NCBI GenBank assembly: GCA_030616775.1
Contig: JAUWWQ010000006.1
Coordinates: 1 to 64,000, forward strand
Reading direction: 5' to 3'
Source of the DNA: Planctomycetota bacterium
GTDB lineage: Bacteria; Planctomycetota; Phycisphaerae; UBA1845
DNA length: 64,000 nt
Shown one piece after another: positions 22,119-30,735 of this stretch. Under the pieces are notes generated by a model, which was not told the DNA's origin, made no database searches, and was given only the letters and a program-made list of their open reading frames with translations. Positions within the stretch are counted from its first letter, which is position 1, and each line of letters opens with the position of its first letter. Made by a program: the position numbers and the translations under genes.

Positions 22119-22721
22119 CTACGTTTTCCGCTCCACAAACACCCTGTCGCCGCGGATCTCGCGCGAGGCCCGCTCGAGCAACGTGCCGGCGAGCGCCGTA
22201 AGCTTCGTGGCGACGCTGGCGTCGAATTTCTGATCGCCGATTTGAACGACAAGACCGCCGATCAACGATTCGTCGACTGCCTCAACCAAAACCGCTTCCT
22301 TGCCGGTGTGTTCATCAACAACATCCTTGAGCTTCGCACGAAGTTCATCCGTCAGCGGTGCGGCGGTGGTCACATGAACTTCGACGCGTCCATGCAACGC
22401 CTCATGCGCCAGCCGGTACGCCTCGGCCACCGTCCGAACGAGACCGAGGCGATCCTTCCGATTCAACACCTGAAGCGAGTCGACGAAGAGATCACTGTAC
22501 TTGCCTCGAAACAGTTTTTCGAGAGTCTTTCGTCGGGTCTCCACGTCAACCATCGGGGTCGACAGGAACGTCTCAAAATCTGCCTCCTTCTCGACCCAGG
22601 CTGCAAAGTCGAGCAGTTCACTCAGCAACAAGTCGACCTGGTCGCGGGATTGCGCCAGGTCCAGCATCGCGGTTGCATATACCCGTGCGACGGCCGATTC
22701 CTGATCGGAGGTGCCCGGCAT
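22119..22721 (-). CDS. atpH: F1Fo ATP synthase subunit delta (OSCP)
   Basis: 200 aa. OSCP-like helical N-domain ('ARVYATAMLDLAQ'). It lies between atpF and atpA. Confidence 0.8.
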   Translation of the reverse strand: MPGTSDQESAVARVYATAMLDLAQSRDQVDLLLSELLDFAAWVEKEADFETFLSTPMVDVETRRKTLEKLFRGKYSDLFVDSLQVLNRKDRLGLVRTVAEAYRLAHEALHGRVEVHVTTAAPLTDELRAKLKDVVDEHTGKEAVLVEAVDESLIGGLVVQIGDQKFDASVATKLTALAGTLLERASREIRGDRVFVERKT

Positions 22722-22723
22722 GG

Positions 22724-23368
22724 TCAGTTCTTATCCCGTCCGTTATGACTCAGCATTTGCAGTTCTTCGATCGACTCGGCGATCAGGCGCTGGTGTTCTT
22801 TGGGGTCCAGCTCCTTGCGGATGATGCGTGAGGCCACGTCGGTCGACAGTCTGGCGGTAACCGAATACAGCTCCTTTATGGCCGTGTCGGTAGCCACGCC
22901 GATTTCGCGTTTGGCCCGCTCGACCATGGCGGCTCCCTCGGCCCGGGCATCTTCCTCGATCTTTCGCTTGACCTCCTCGGCGCCGCGACGGGCTTCCTGC
23001 ACGATGGCTGTCCCTTCGGCCCGGGCGGCGTCGAGCTTCTCAGTATATTCCCCCAGGCGTGCCTGGGCGTCCTGGCGATCCTTTTTAGCCTGGTCAAGTG
23101 AGTTCCGGATGAAGTCCTCACGTTTTTGCAGGGCGCGCAGGATTGGTCCCCAGGCAAATTTGCCCAAGACCGCCAGGACGACGACGAAGGTCAGCAAGCT
23201 CCAGATGATGTTACCCAGGTCCCCCGTAAAGAGCGTGGGGTGTTCGCCGTTCTCGGCTGCGGAAGCCTGGGACACTGTCAGCAGCAATATACCCAATGCC
23301 GCACCAAGAAGTCTTCTTGTTCGGTCTAGTCTCATCGTTCCGTCTGTCCCCGAGGCATAAACGGCCAC
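22724..23368 (-). CDS. atpF: F1Fo ATP synthase subunit b
   Basis: 214 aa. N-terminal TM helix plus a long charged helix ('AQARLGEYTEKLDAARAEGTAIVQEARRGAEEVKRKIEEDARAE'). Confidence 0.8.
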   Translation of the reverse strand: MAVYASGTDGTMRLDRTRRLLGAALGILLLTVSQASAAENGEHPTLFTGDLGNIIWSLLTFVVVLAVLGKFAWGPILRALQKREDFIRNSLDQAKKDRQDAQARLGEYTEKLDAARAEGTAIVQEARRGAEEVKRKIEEDARAEGAAMVERAKREIGVATDTAIKELYSVTARLSTDVASRIIRKELDPKEHQRLIAESIEELQMLSHNGRDKN

Positions 23369-23423
23369 TGACGATGCCTAGTCACATTTCCACCAAAACG
23401 TCGCGGTCGGCAGGTGCGCTTCC

Positions 23424-23780
23424 TTACTTGACAGACGCTATGAAGCAGCCCAGAACGGCAAACAGCGTCGCTCCCTCGATCATCGCGGCGGTGATGATCA
23501 TGGCTATGTTGATACTGCCGGATGCCTCGGGCTGACGGGCCATCGACTCGACGGCGCTGCCGCCGATCCGCCCGATTCCCGCGGCACCTCCCATCACAAC
23601 CAAACCGGCGCCGATAGCGCCACCAAGATTGGCGGCCGTCTTCCCTGGAAAAAAGCTGCCTTTGGCAGCCACCGACGCCTCGCCTTCTTCTTGTTCTTGA
23701 GCCAGCGCGGGAGCGGCTATAACCAGTGCGCTGCCAACAAGCATCAAAACCAATGCTACCTTTGCGAGTTTCTTACTCAT
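23424..23780 (-). CDS. atpE: F1Fo ATP synthase subunit c, with a ~45-aa N-terminal signal-peptide-like extension
   Basis: Hairpin 'LGGAIGAGLVVMGGAAGIGRIGGSAVESMARQPEASGSINIAMIITAAMIEGATLFAVLGCFI' with the conserved ARQPE loop and a carboxylate E in helix 2. The start was set at 'MSKKLAKVALVLMLVGSALVIAAPALA'. Confidence 0.85.
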   Translation of the reverse strand: MSKKLAKVALVLMLVGSALVIAAPALAQEQEEGEASVAAKGSFFPGKTAANLGGAIGAGLVVMGGAAGIGRIGGSAVESMARQPEASGSINIAMIITAAMIEGATLFAVLGCFIASVK

Positions 23781-23976
23781 CGTCGACAATCCCTTTCGCT
23801 GTGGCCGCTTTGTGGGAGAGAGCGGCTGGTTGCAATCGCCATCGCAGTCACGCCTCACGACCCGAGTGTCCCACCACTGTCCGGGCATGGCGACGTATGA
23901 TCTTCCACAAAGTCCTTCCACCGAAGTCGCCAAACATCGGAAGGCTTTTCGTCGTTCCCTCGCAACGGTACGGCAC

Positions 23977-24906
23977 CTACTGCGGAACGGCCGCGGGTCC
24001 CTCAGATCCCCGCTCAGGGGCTTCGTCGTGGTCGTGGTGGATCACCACGGCTTGGGCGATGAACAGGGTCGTCAGGAACGCGAAGATAAACGCCTGCAGG
24101 AACGCAACAAATATCTCCAGCATGTTAAAGGCAACGCTGGCCAGCACCACAATGATCCCGACGCCGGTCGCGGCGACGGCACCAAAGCCCACATAGCACA
24201 AACTGATGAAGCTCATGAGCACGGCCAGAAGTACGTGCCCCGCCACCATGTTGGCAAACAAACGGACGGTTAGGGCGAAGCACTTAGCTACGAGTCCGAC
24301 GATTTCCAAAAGAGCGATCAGCGGGGCAATGAAAATGGGCCCCTGGAAAAAGTGCTTCACATAGGCGAATCCGTTATAGCGGAAGCCGTTGAAGATGATC
24401 ATACAGAGCGTGCAGGCTGCAAGGGTGCCGGTGACCCAGATATTGCCCGTCGCCGCACCCCCGACACCGTGGTGGGCGTCGGGATATACGCTCCTGACAA
24501 GTCCGCGCGTGACGGGTTCGAGCGGCAGCAACCCCAGAAGGTTGACGAACAGGATGTAGAAAAATGCCGTCCAAATATAAGGGATGAACCGATCCGTGTG
24601 CTCATTCAGGACCGGGCGGGCCACGTGCTCGCGAAAGTACGCGCAAATCGACTCGATAAAGTTCCCAAAACCACGGGGGGTCAGGTCCCTCACCGTGTCA
24701 CCGGTGAGGCGCATCCGGGCAAAGCTCGGTATCAGCAGCACCAACAGAAGCACCGCGATGATCTGCATGACGATGTGATTGGACACCAGAGTGATCTGCC
24801 CGCCCGGCGTAAAGACGCTATCTCCAGCACCGATGCCAATCCTCTGGTACGTCCACTGGTACACGTGGTCCAGTGGACTTGTGGCAGCTAATAACATACC
24901 TTCCAT
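23977..24906 (-). CDS. atpB: F1Fo ATP synthase subunit a
   Basis: 309 aa polytopic. Conserved Arg-containing helix 'LTVRLFANMVAGHVLLAVL' and C-terminal 'LQAFIFAFLTTLFIAQAV'. Confidence 0.9.
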   Translation of the reverse strand: MEGMLLAATSPLDHVYQWTYQRIGIGAGDSVFTPGGQITLVSNHIVMQIIAVLLLVLLIPSFARMRLTGDTVRDLTPRGFGNFIESICAYFREHVARPVLNEHTDRFIPYIWTAFFYILFVNLLGLLPLEPVTRGLVRSVYPDAHHGVGGAATGNIWVTGTLAACTLCMIIFNGFRYNGFAYVKHFFQGPIFIAPLIALLEIVGLVAKCFALTVRLFANMVAGHVLLAVLMSFISLCYVGFGAVAATGVGIIVVLASVAFNMLEIFVAFLQAFIFAFLTTLFIAQAVVIHHDHDEAPERGSEGPAAVPQ

Positions 24907-25326
24907 CTACGAGTCATTCTCGATGAGACGCTTAATACCATGGACCGCAAACGCGGTATCTACCATGAGTAATACCATGTAACTAACGGCTACCCACAAC
25001 ACCAGTACAGTGCGATCCACCCACCCGCTCAGCGCCAGCGGCGCGACCAACAACAGAACCGTAACGAACCTGAGCGCTGTGGAGGCCAGGATTACCGAGA
25101 CCGTCAGTGCCGACCGCTCCGACAGCGCCCGTGCCAACGGAATCGCCCCGATGCAACTGGCCAGCCAACTGACACCGCACCCGACCAGCATCGACCCTAC
25201 GGTGTCCTCACCTGCAAACCGGACGGTCGGCCAATAACCAAGGCAGGCAACGCCGGCGGCCGATGCCGAGGCTACTCCTACGAGCGCAGCGTATGAACGC
25301 AACAGCCGCCCGCTAATGATCATCAT
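24907..25326 (-). CDS. atpI: ATP synthase protein I (AtpI-like small membrane protein)
   Basis: 139 aa, four predicted TM helices. It sits immediately upstream of atpB. Confidence 0.55.
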   Translation of the reverse strand: MMIISGRLLRSYAALVGVASASAAGVACLGYWPTVRFAGEDTVGSMLVGCGVSWLASCIGAIPLARALSERSALTVSVILASTALRFVTVLLLVAPLALSGWVDRTVLVLWVAVSYMVLLMVDTAFAVHGIKRLIENDS

Positions 25327-25586
25327 GGCTCGTGCCGTTGACCCTTGTCCTCGCGCCGATCCGGTGGTTCCCGCGGTTGGAAAGCCGTCAACGACTCCCG
25401 AACCAGGTTATACGTTCCGCCGATCAGCCCCAGAGCCGCGCCGATCACAAGGCCCCACGGTCCGCATCCGTAGTGCAGGTCGATCCAATAGCCAACGGCT
25501 GCGAACCCGCCTATGACCAATGCAAACTCGACCCCCACACCGGAAAACCGAATCCAGGACGGTCGATCCCGCTTTTTGCCTGCCAT
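25323..25586 (-). CDS. atpZ: AtpZ/AtpR-like putative F0F1-ATPase accessory subunit
   Basis: 'FSGVGVEFALVIGGFAAVGYWIDLHYGCGPWGLVIGAALGLIGGTYNL' gives two TM helices typical of AtpZ. It is the first gene of the operon and overlaps atpI by 4 nt. Confidence 0.55.
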   Translation of the reverse strand: MAGKKRDRPSWIRFSGVGVEFALVIGGFAAVGYWIDLHYGCGPWGLVIGAALGLIGGTYNLVRESLTAFQPREPPDRREDKGQRHEP

Positions 25587-25882
25587 CGGGAGTTCCAAGG
25601 GACCATCGGGACTCTGCAGCGAAAACGCCGCCAAGTCTCCGGTGAGAATAGGCACGTTCAACGCTCCGCGCCGTGGCTCCTGCTCGCGTCGAGAGAGAGG
25701 AGTCTAGCAACGTCAATGAACCGATTCAAGTGGCTTTTCGCAGGCTGGCGAACAGTCGCGCCCAGGAAGCTAGGCAAAGCCGACCTGCCGGATGGAGTCC
25801 GACAATTGACGGGCTATTGCGGCTGCATTACGTTTCTGCTCGTTAGCAAGGTGGGAGTAGTACGAAACGGCTTTTCAGATCT

Positions 25883-26890
25883 ATGGCACGACATTTGGCC
25901 ATCGTAGGTGCCACAGGGGCGGTCGGACGAGAGATCTGTGCGCTCATTCCAGAGCGTAAGCTGCTGCAGGTTGGCAAGCTGTCGCTTTTCGCCTCAAGAC
26001 GCGGCGTGGGGAAGCAGATCGCCGTCGGACACAGCACCGTCGAGGTCCAAGAGCTTACCGACAGCAGCTTTGACGGCGTCGATTTCGCGTTCTTCTGCGC
26101 CGGCAACGAGCGCAGCAGGGAATGGGCCCCGTTCGCTGTCGGCGTCGGGGCCGTCGTCATCGATAATTCCGCTGCCTTCCGCTTGGACCCGGATGTGCCC
26201 CTGGTCATTCCGGAGATAAACCCGGGCGATATTACGGACCACAATGGGATAATCGCCAGTCCCAATTGCTCGACCGTCATCTTGAACCTGCCCATCTGGC
26301 CGCTGCACCGCGCAAACCCGGTCAAGCGGGTAGTGGTCAGCACTTATCAAGCGGCCAGCGGTGCGGGCACGGCTGCGATGGAGGAGCTGCGAACACAGGC
26401 AGCGGATTACCTTGCCGGTCGGGATGTGGTGCCCCGCGTGTTCCCACATCCAATCGCCTTCAATCTGTTCTCACATGAGACGCCGACAGGCTCGGACGGG
26501 TACAACGCTGAAGAGCGTCAGATGATCGCCGAGACGCGGAAGATCTTCCACGAACCATCCCTGGCGATCACGGCTACGTGCGTCCGGGTGCCCGTTCTAC
26601 GGGCCCATAGCCAGTCGATCAATTTGACATTCGAGCGGCCAATCACGCCCGATGAGGTCCGCGAGATTCTCTCAAGCGCCCCGGGCATAGAAGTGGTCGA
26701 CGACGTCGAAGCCGGCCGGTTCCCCATGCCGGTCGACGCCACCGGCCGCGACAACGTTCTCATCGGCCGCATCCGCCAGGACGTCAGCCAACCCGATGGC
26801 CGCGGCATCGAACTCTTCGCCTCCGGCGACCACCTCCGCAAAGGCGCAGCGTTGAATACAGTGCAGATCCTGGAGTTACTCAGATCATGA
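25883..26890 (+). CDS. asd: Aspartate-semialdehyde dehydrogenase
   Basis: 335 aa. 'LAIVGATGAVGRE' NAD(P)-binding, active-site 'IASPNCSTVILNLPIWPLH', 'VSTYQAASGAG'. Confidence 0.95.
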   Translation: MARHLAIVGATGAVGREICALIPERKLLQVGKLSLFASRRGVGKQIAVGHSTVEVQELTDSSFDGVDFAFFCAGNERSREWAPFAVGVGAVVIDNSAAFRLDPDVPLVIPEINPGDITDHNGIIASPNCSTVILNLPIWPLHRANPVKRVVVSTYQAASGAGTAAMEELRTQAADYLAGRDVVPRVFPHPIAFNLFSHETPTGSDGYNAEERQMIAETRKIFHEPSLAITATCVRVPVLRAHSQSINLTFERPITPDEVREILSSAPGIEVVDDVEAGRFPMPVDATGRDNVLIGRIRQDVSQPDGRGIELFASGDHLRKGAALNTVQILELLRS

Positions 26891-27183
26891 AAGCCCGCGC
26901 GGCTATTGGGTGTCGAGCTGCTTGGCCAGATCTTGGGCGTTCGTCATCGCAAGCTTACAGCGGTGACCCCGCGAACACTCCGGCTCCTGCACCTTTCTCC
27001 GACCGGTTCGCCATATAATTCGGGGCTAACAGAGTCCATTATGAGCGGGCTCAAGTGGCCCCGGGACCACGCCAGAAGCGCCACTGGACGTACGGCCAGA
27101 GATGCCGGAGGTCGGCAACATCGATTGCATCTGATCATTTGCATTGAATGGCCCATGCGGGTAACCTTGTCACAGACAAAGGC

Positions 27184-27259
27184 CGGGGCGTAGCTCAGCC
27201 TGGTTTAGAGCGCAGCGTTCGGGACGCTGAGGTCGCTGGTTCGAATCCAGTCGCCCCGA
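27184..27259 (+). tRNA. tRNA-Pro (anticodon CGG)
   Basis: Hand-folded cloverleaf. Acceptor CGGGGCG/CGCCCCG, U8, D-stem GCTC/GAGC, anticodon stem CAGCG/CGCTG, loop TTCGGGA (anticodon CGG, G37), T-stem GCTGG/CCAGT, T-loop TTCGAAT, discriminator A. No CCA is encoded. Confidence 0.85.
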
Positions 27260-27569
27260 AGTTACGTAAACCACGCCGAACGCGAAGGTTAGCGTACCTG
27301 TCCGGAATTATGCACTTAACAAACTAGGCCCCAACATGTAGAACATAGGGATAGCGGAGCTGAGCGGGCTACTTCTTGGTCTTCTTGGCTTTCCTCGCCT
27401 TCGCCTTCCGTCGCTCTCAGACTGGATATTGTGCTGTACCCATTGGTGACCACCTCGGAATCCCCGACCGATTGCGCGGTATGGCTTGAGGTCGTCGGTC
27501 ATCAAGCGGGAGCGATCCTTGTCCACCATCTCTGCGACGCCGGCTCAATCATGCTAAGATCAAGAAACC

Positions 27570-28478
27570 ATGCTTGGCAGTGAACTAGAGTTAGTTGAAT
27601 GGCTGCGGGCACAACAGGGCGAGCATCCTGCAGTGCGGCTCGGTATTGGGGACGATATGGCTGTTATGGAGTCGCCCCCGGGACGCCTGCTGATCTCGTC
27701 GGACATGCTCCTTGATGGCATCCACTTTGACACCAACCGACATGCCTTCCGGCAGATCGGACGTAAGGCAATAGCATGCGCTCTTAGCGATTGTGCTGCG
27801 ATGGCAGTGCAGCCTTTGGTGGCAACGGTGTCCGTGGCGCTGTCGGGAGAGCGTGGGATGGCTGATGCCCAGGAGTTGTATGGCGGGATGCTCGCCATGG
27901 CGGAGGAGTATCAGGTCGCGATTGTCGGTGGTGATACGACCCGTTGGGATCATCCCCTGGCGATCGATGTGGCTATCGCGGCTACCCCGTACGACGGAAT
28001 CGAACCGGTTACCCGATCAGGTGCCAAGGCAGGTGATACCCTCTATGTGACCGGGCCACTAGGCGGCAGCTTGCTGGGCCGCCATCTTGCCTTCACGCCG
28101 CGCGTCCACGAAGCGCGAGGGTTGGCGGATCAACTTGGAGATCGGTTGCATGCGATGATTGACATCAGTGACGGCCTGGGGCTTGATCTGTGGCGGATGT
28201 GCGAGGCGTCACACGTGGGCGCTACTTTAGATGAACATCAACTCGAAGCCGTGATCAGCGACGATGCTAGAAAAGCCGCCGCGGAGGATGGCAGACCACC
28301 GCTCGAACACGCGCTGGGTGATGGTGAGGATTTCGAGTTGCTGGCGGCGGTAGCCGGGGACCTGGGGCAGCCGGGCGTTAGATTATGTGCGATCGGCCAG
28401 GTGACTGAGGCCGGTCTAATAATCAGACGAACGGACGGGCGGGTCGAGCCGCTTGAACCCAAAGGTTGGGTGCATTGA
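27570..28478 (+). CDS. thiL: Thiamine-monophosphate kinase
   Basis: 302 aa. AIR-synthase-related fold with 'LGIGDDMAVME...LISSDMLLDGIHF' and 'AIVGGDTT'. Confidence 0.9.
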   Translation: MLGSELELVEWLRAQQGEHPAVRLGIGDDMAVMESPPGRLLISSDMLLDGIHFDTNRHAFRQIGRKAIACALSDCAAMAVQPLVATVSVALSGERGMADAQELYGGMLAMAEEYQVAIVGGDTTRWDHPLAIDVAIAATPYDGIEPVTRSGAKAGDTLYVTGPLGGSLLGRHLAFTPRVHEARGLADQLGDRLHAMIDISDGLGLDLWRMCEASHVGATLDEHQLEAVISDDARKAAAEDGRPPLEHALGDGEDFELLAAVAGDLGQPGVRLCAIGQVTEAGLIIRRTDGRVEPLEPKGWVH

Positions 28479-28993
28479 CGCAGGCCCGAGAGCGGAAGAC
28501 TTGGGAGACGACATCGGCGCAAGCGACGTTTGCGCTTGGGGAGGCACTGGGGCGTTCGCTGGTAGGTGGGCTGGTGGTGGGGCTTGTCGGCTCGCTCGGC
28601 GCAGGCAAAACACAGTTGGTCAAGGGGATAGCGGCCGGCAACGCGGTTGATGACGTTCGCAAAGTCACCAGCCCGACTTTTACATTAGTTCATGAGTATC
28701 CCGGCAGGTTTTGCCTCTATCACGTGGATGTCTACCGTCTGGCAGGTGCTGCGGAACTGATTGCCCTGGGGTTTGACGAGCTGCTGCAACCTGACACCGT
28801 CGTTGTCGTCGAATGGGCGGATCGTGTACATTCAGCGATCCCAAGCGAAGCGCTGTGGGTTGAGCTGATTCCCAAGGGCGAGACAAGTCGGACCGTTACG
28901 CTGGATGCAACCGGAGAGGCAGCGATCCGCTGTCTGGATGACCTCCGGGCAGGACAATTGCATCTAAATTGCTTGGCTGAGGATCCTGAGTAG
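28466..28993 (+). CDS. tsaE: tRNA threonylcarbamoyladenosine biosynthesis protein TsaE (YjeE)
   Basis: 175 aa. P-loop 'GLVGSLGAGKTQLVKGIA', 'VTSPTFTLVHEYPG...YHVDVYRL'. It overlaps thiL by 13 nt. Its stop codon abuts the IS left inverted repeat. Confidence 0.85.
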   Translation: MGALTQARERKTWETTSAQATFALGEALGRSLVGGLVVGLVGSLGAGKTQLVKGIAAGNAVDDVRKVTSPTFTLVHEYPGRFCLYHVDVYRLAGAAELIALGFDELLQPDTVVVVEWADRVHSAIPSEALWVELIPKGETSRTVTLDATGEAAIRCLDDLRAGQLHLNCLAEDPE

Positions 28994-30592
28994 GTGTGCT
29001 GTGCCACCGATATTTGCGCCGGCGCCTTCGAGGCATTTCTTTGCGCCTCCGGCGGCGAATCACTATAGATCGAGGCTTGAATTACCTTCAAGAAGAGGAT
29101 CGGCCGGAAATCCCGAATCGAACTCGTCGACAAGCCAAACGTGAACGCCGGCCGCCTACGCCGCGCGTTTCAGCGAGACGATCGGGAGATGACGCTTGCC
29201 GTTCTGAAAGTCGATCTGAAGTGTAAATCGATCGCCCGGCTGTCCGGCAATGAGCGTTTGAGGTGCTGCACACGGCGCGCTTCGAGGCCATCGTTTGCGT
29301 GGTTCAATGCGCGGTCGGTGATTAGCCGGTCGCAAGCGGAAGTAGACCTCATTCGGCGTCTCGCCCTCAAGCGTCGCGTGAGGGCGATGTTCGTTGTACC
29401 ACACGAAGAAGGAATCGATCTGCGCGCGAAAACGTGCTCGGCGCTGTAGAATCCGAATCCTGCGCGTGGCTTCGTCCTTCATGGTCCGAATGAAGCGTTC
29501 AACCACGGCGATGCTCCCGTGTTTCCCAACCGCGCCGTACCGCGGACGGATTCCCTTGCGTTGGCACCAACGTTCAAAGGCTTCGCACCAGAAAATACTG
29601 TCCTTGTCGCAGATCAGATACTTCGGAATCGTGTTGAGCCGAGCCATCGTCATGCCAAGAAAGGTGCGCACCCCGAGCGAATTCGGTCGCTTTGGAAAAA
29701 CTGCGAAGGCAATCGCGCGTCGCGAGCAGTGATCAATTACCACGGCCAACCACCAACAGAACGGCCAGCACTGCGGTAGCGCAAATGGCAACCAAGATGC
29801 CCAGAAGCCACCTGCCGTGGGCACAGTGGTCAAATCAATGTGCCAGACGTGGTTCGGCCGTTTCGCAGTAACCACGCGGTCGCTCGCTACGGCTGCTACG
29901 GATGGCTTGGGATGCGGCGGTTCTTTTAGAATCCGCCTAACGGTCGTAGCACCGAGATGCAGGCCTGCCCGACACAGCATATCGGCGATCTTGACCTTGC
30001 CCAGTGTTGGGCAAAGCGTCTTAAGCCGCTGGACAGCGTAACGCACAAACCCTGGAAGCTTGTTGACAGGCTCACGGATCTGCACGAGGGCATTGAGTCC
30101 TTGGTCGTCAACGCGTTTGATCCAAGATGCGATCGTGGCCGCCGTAACCTGAAACGCCTGGGCCGTCTGTCGCACGGACCAAGCCCGCGCAGCTCGCAGC
30201 TCAAGTATGGACAGCCGCTCAGTCGGCGCGTAATGTGGCCGCTTGTGCGGATCGATTCGATTCATTCGAGCATCCTTGATGCGGATCTCTTCCTTGAGAA
30301 GCGCAAGATCTTGCTTCAGCTGATCATTCTCAGTCTTCAGCCGCAAACGAGCGACCGGGCTGTTGACCGCCCAACCGCGGGTGTAAGCCATGCTGAATTG
30401 GGCCAAAGAGATTACGCGCAGCATGGCCGATTTCACAGATTGCGGCCAACCTCGGGGTAGACGGATTCTGACCGGATCTGCTTGCTTGGCCATATTGCCT
30501 CCAGGGATTGCCGAAGGCTATCATAACCGCTTACGCAGCAAGGCATTATGTCCGATCTTGAACGGCGCAAAAATCGCTGGACCAGGACACAC
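28994..30592 (-). mobile_element. IS481-family insertion sequence (~1.6 kb) with ~30-bp imperfect terminal inverted repeats
   Basis: The left end 'gtgtgctgtgccaccgatatttgcgccgg' (28994-29022) matches the reverse complement of the right end 'acggcgcaaaaatcgctggaccaggacacac' (30562-30592) at roughly 24 of 30 positions. The pair encloses the single transposase ORF. Confidence 0.7.
29156..30493 (-). CDS. IS481-family DDE transposase (integrase catalytic core, rve domain)
   Basis: 445 aa. N-terminal HTH, then 'HIDLT...VIDHCSRRAIAF...DKDSIFWCEAFERWCQRKGIRPRYGAVGKHGSIAVVERFIRTMKDE...YNEHRPHATL' (DDE rve core). Confidence 0.85.
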   Translation of the reverse strand: MAKQADPVRIRLPRGWPQSVKSAMLRVISLAQFSMAYTRGWAVNSPVARLRLKTENDQLKQDLALLKEEIRIKDARMNRIDPHKRPHYAPTERLSILELRAARAWSVRQTAQAFQVTAATIASWIKRVDDQGLNALVQIREPVNKLPGFVRYAVQRLKTLCPTLGKVKIADMLCRAGLHLGATTVRRILKEPPHPKPSVAAVASDRVVTAKRPNHVWHIDLTTVPTAGGFWASWLPFALPQCWPFCWWLAVVIDHCSRRAIAFAVFPKRPNSLGVRTFLGMTMARLNTIPKYLICDKDSIFWCEAFERWCQRKGIRPRYGAVGKHGSIAVVERFIRTMKDEATRRIRILQRRARFRAQIDSFFVWYNEHRPHATLEGETPNEVYFRLRPANHRPRIEPRKRWPRSAPCAAPQTLIAGQPGDRFTLQIDFQNGKRHLPIVSLKRAA

Positions 30593-30735
30593 TCCAAAGC
30601 CAGAAACGTGGGCCGAAGACCCATTACCGGCGAACGGCGGAAGTCATCCGCCAGGTGATCCGATACCGCTTCCTCGACCCAGAGGCTTCGACGCTCCTCG
30701 ACCGAACGTGCCGCTACCAGCAGCTCTCCCGCAGC

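Noticed and set aside
21933-22748. 271-aa ORF on the + strand
   Set aside because: Antisense to atpA/atpH.
27260-27569. Possible TPP (THI-box) riboswitch upstream of thiL
   Set aside because: A CUGAGA-like hexamer is present, but the conserved THI-box core (ACCUGAUCUGGAUAAUGCCAGCG) is absent on either strand. Also, thiL is not a typical riboswitch-controlled gene.
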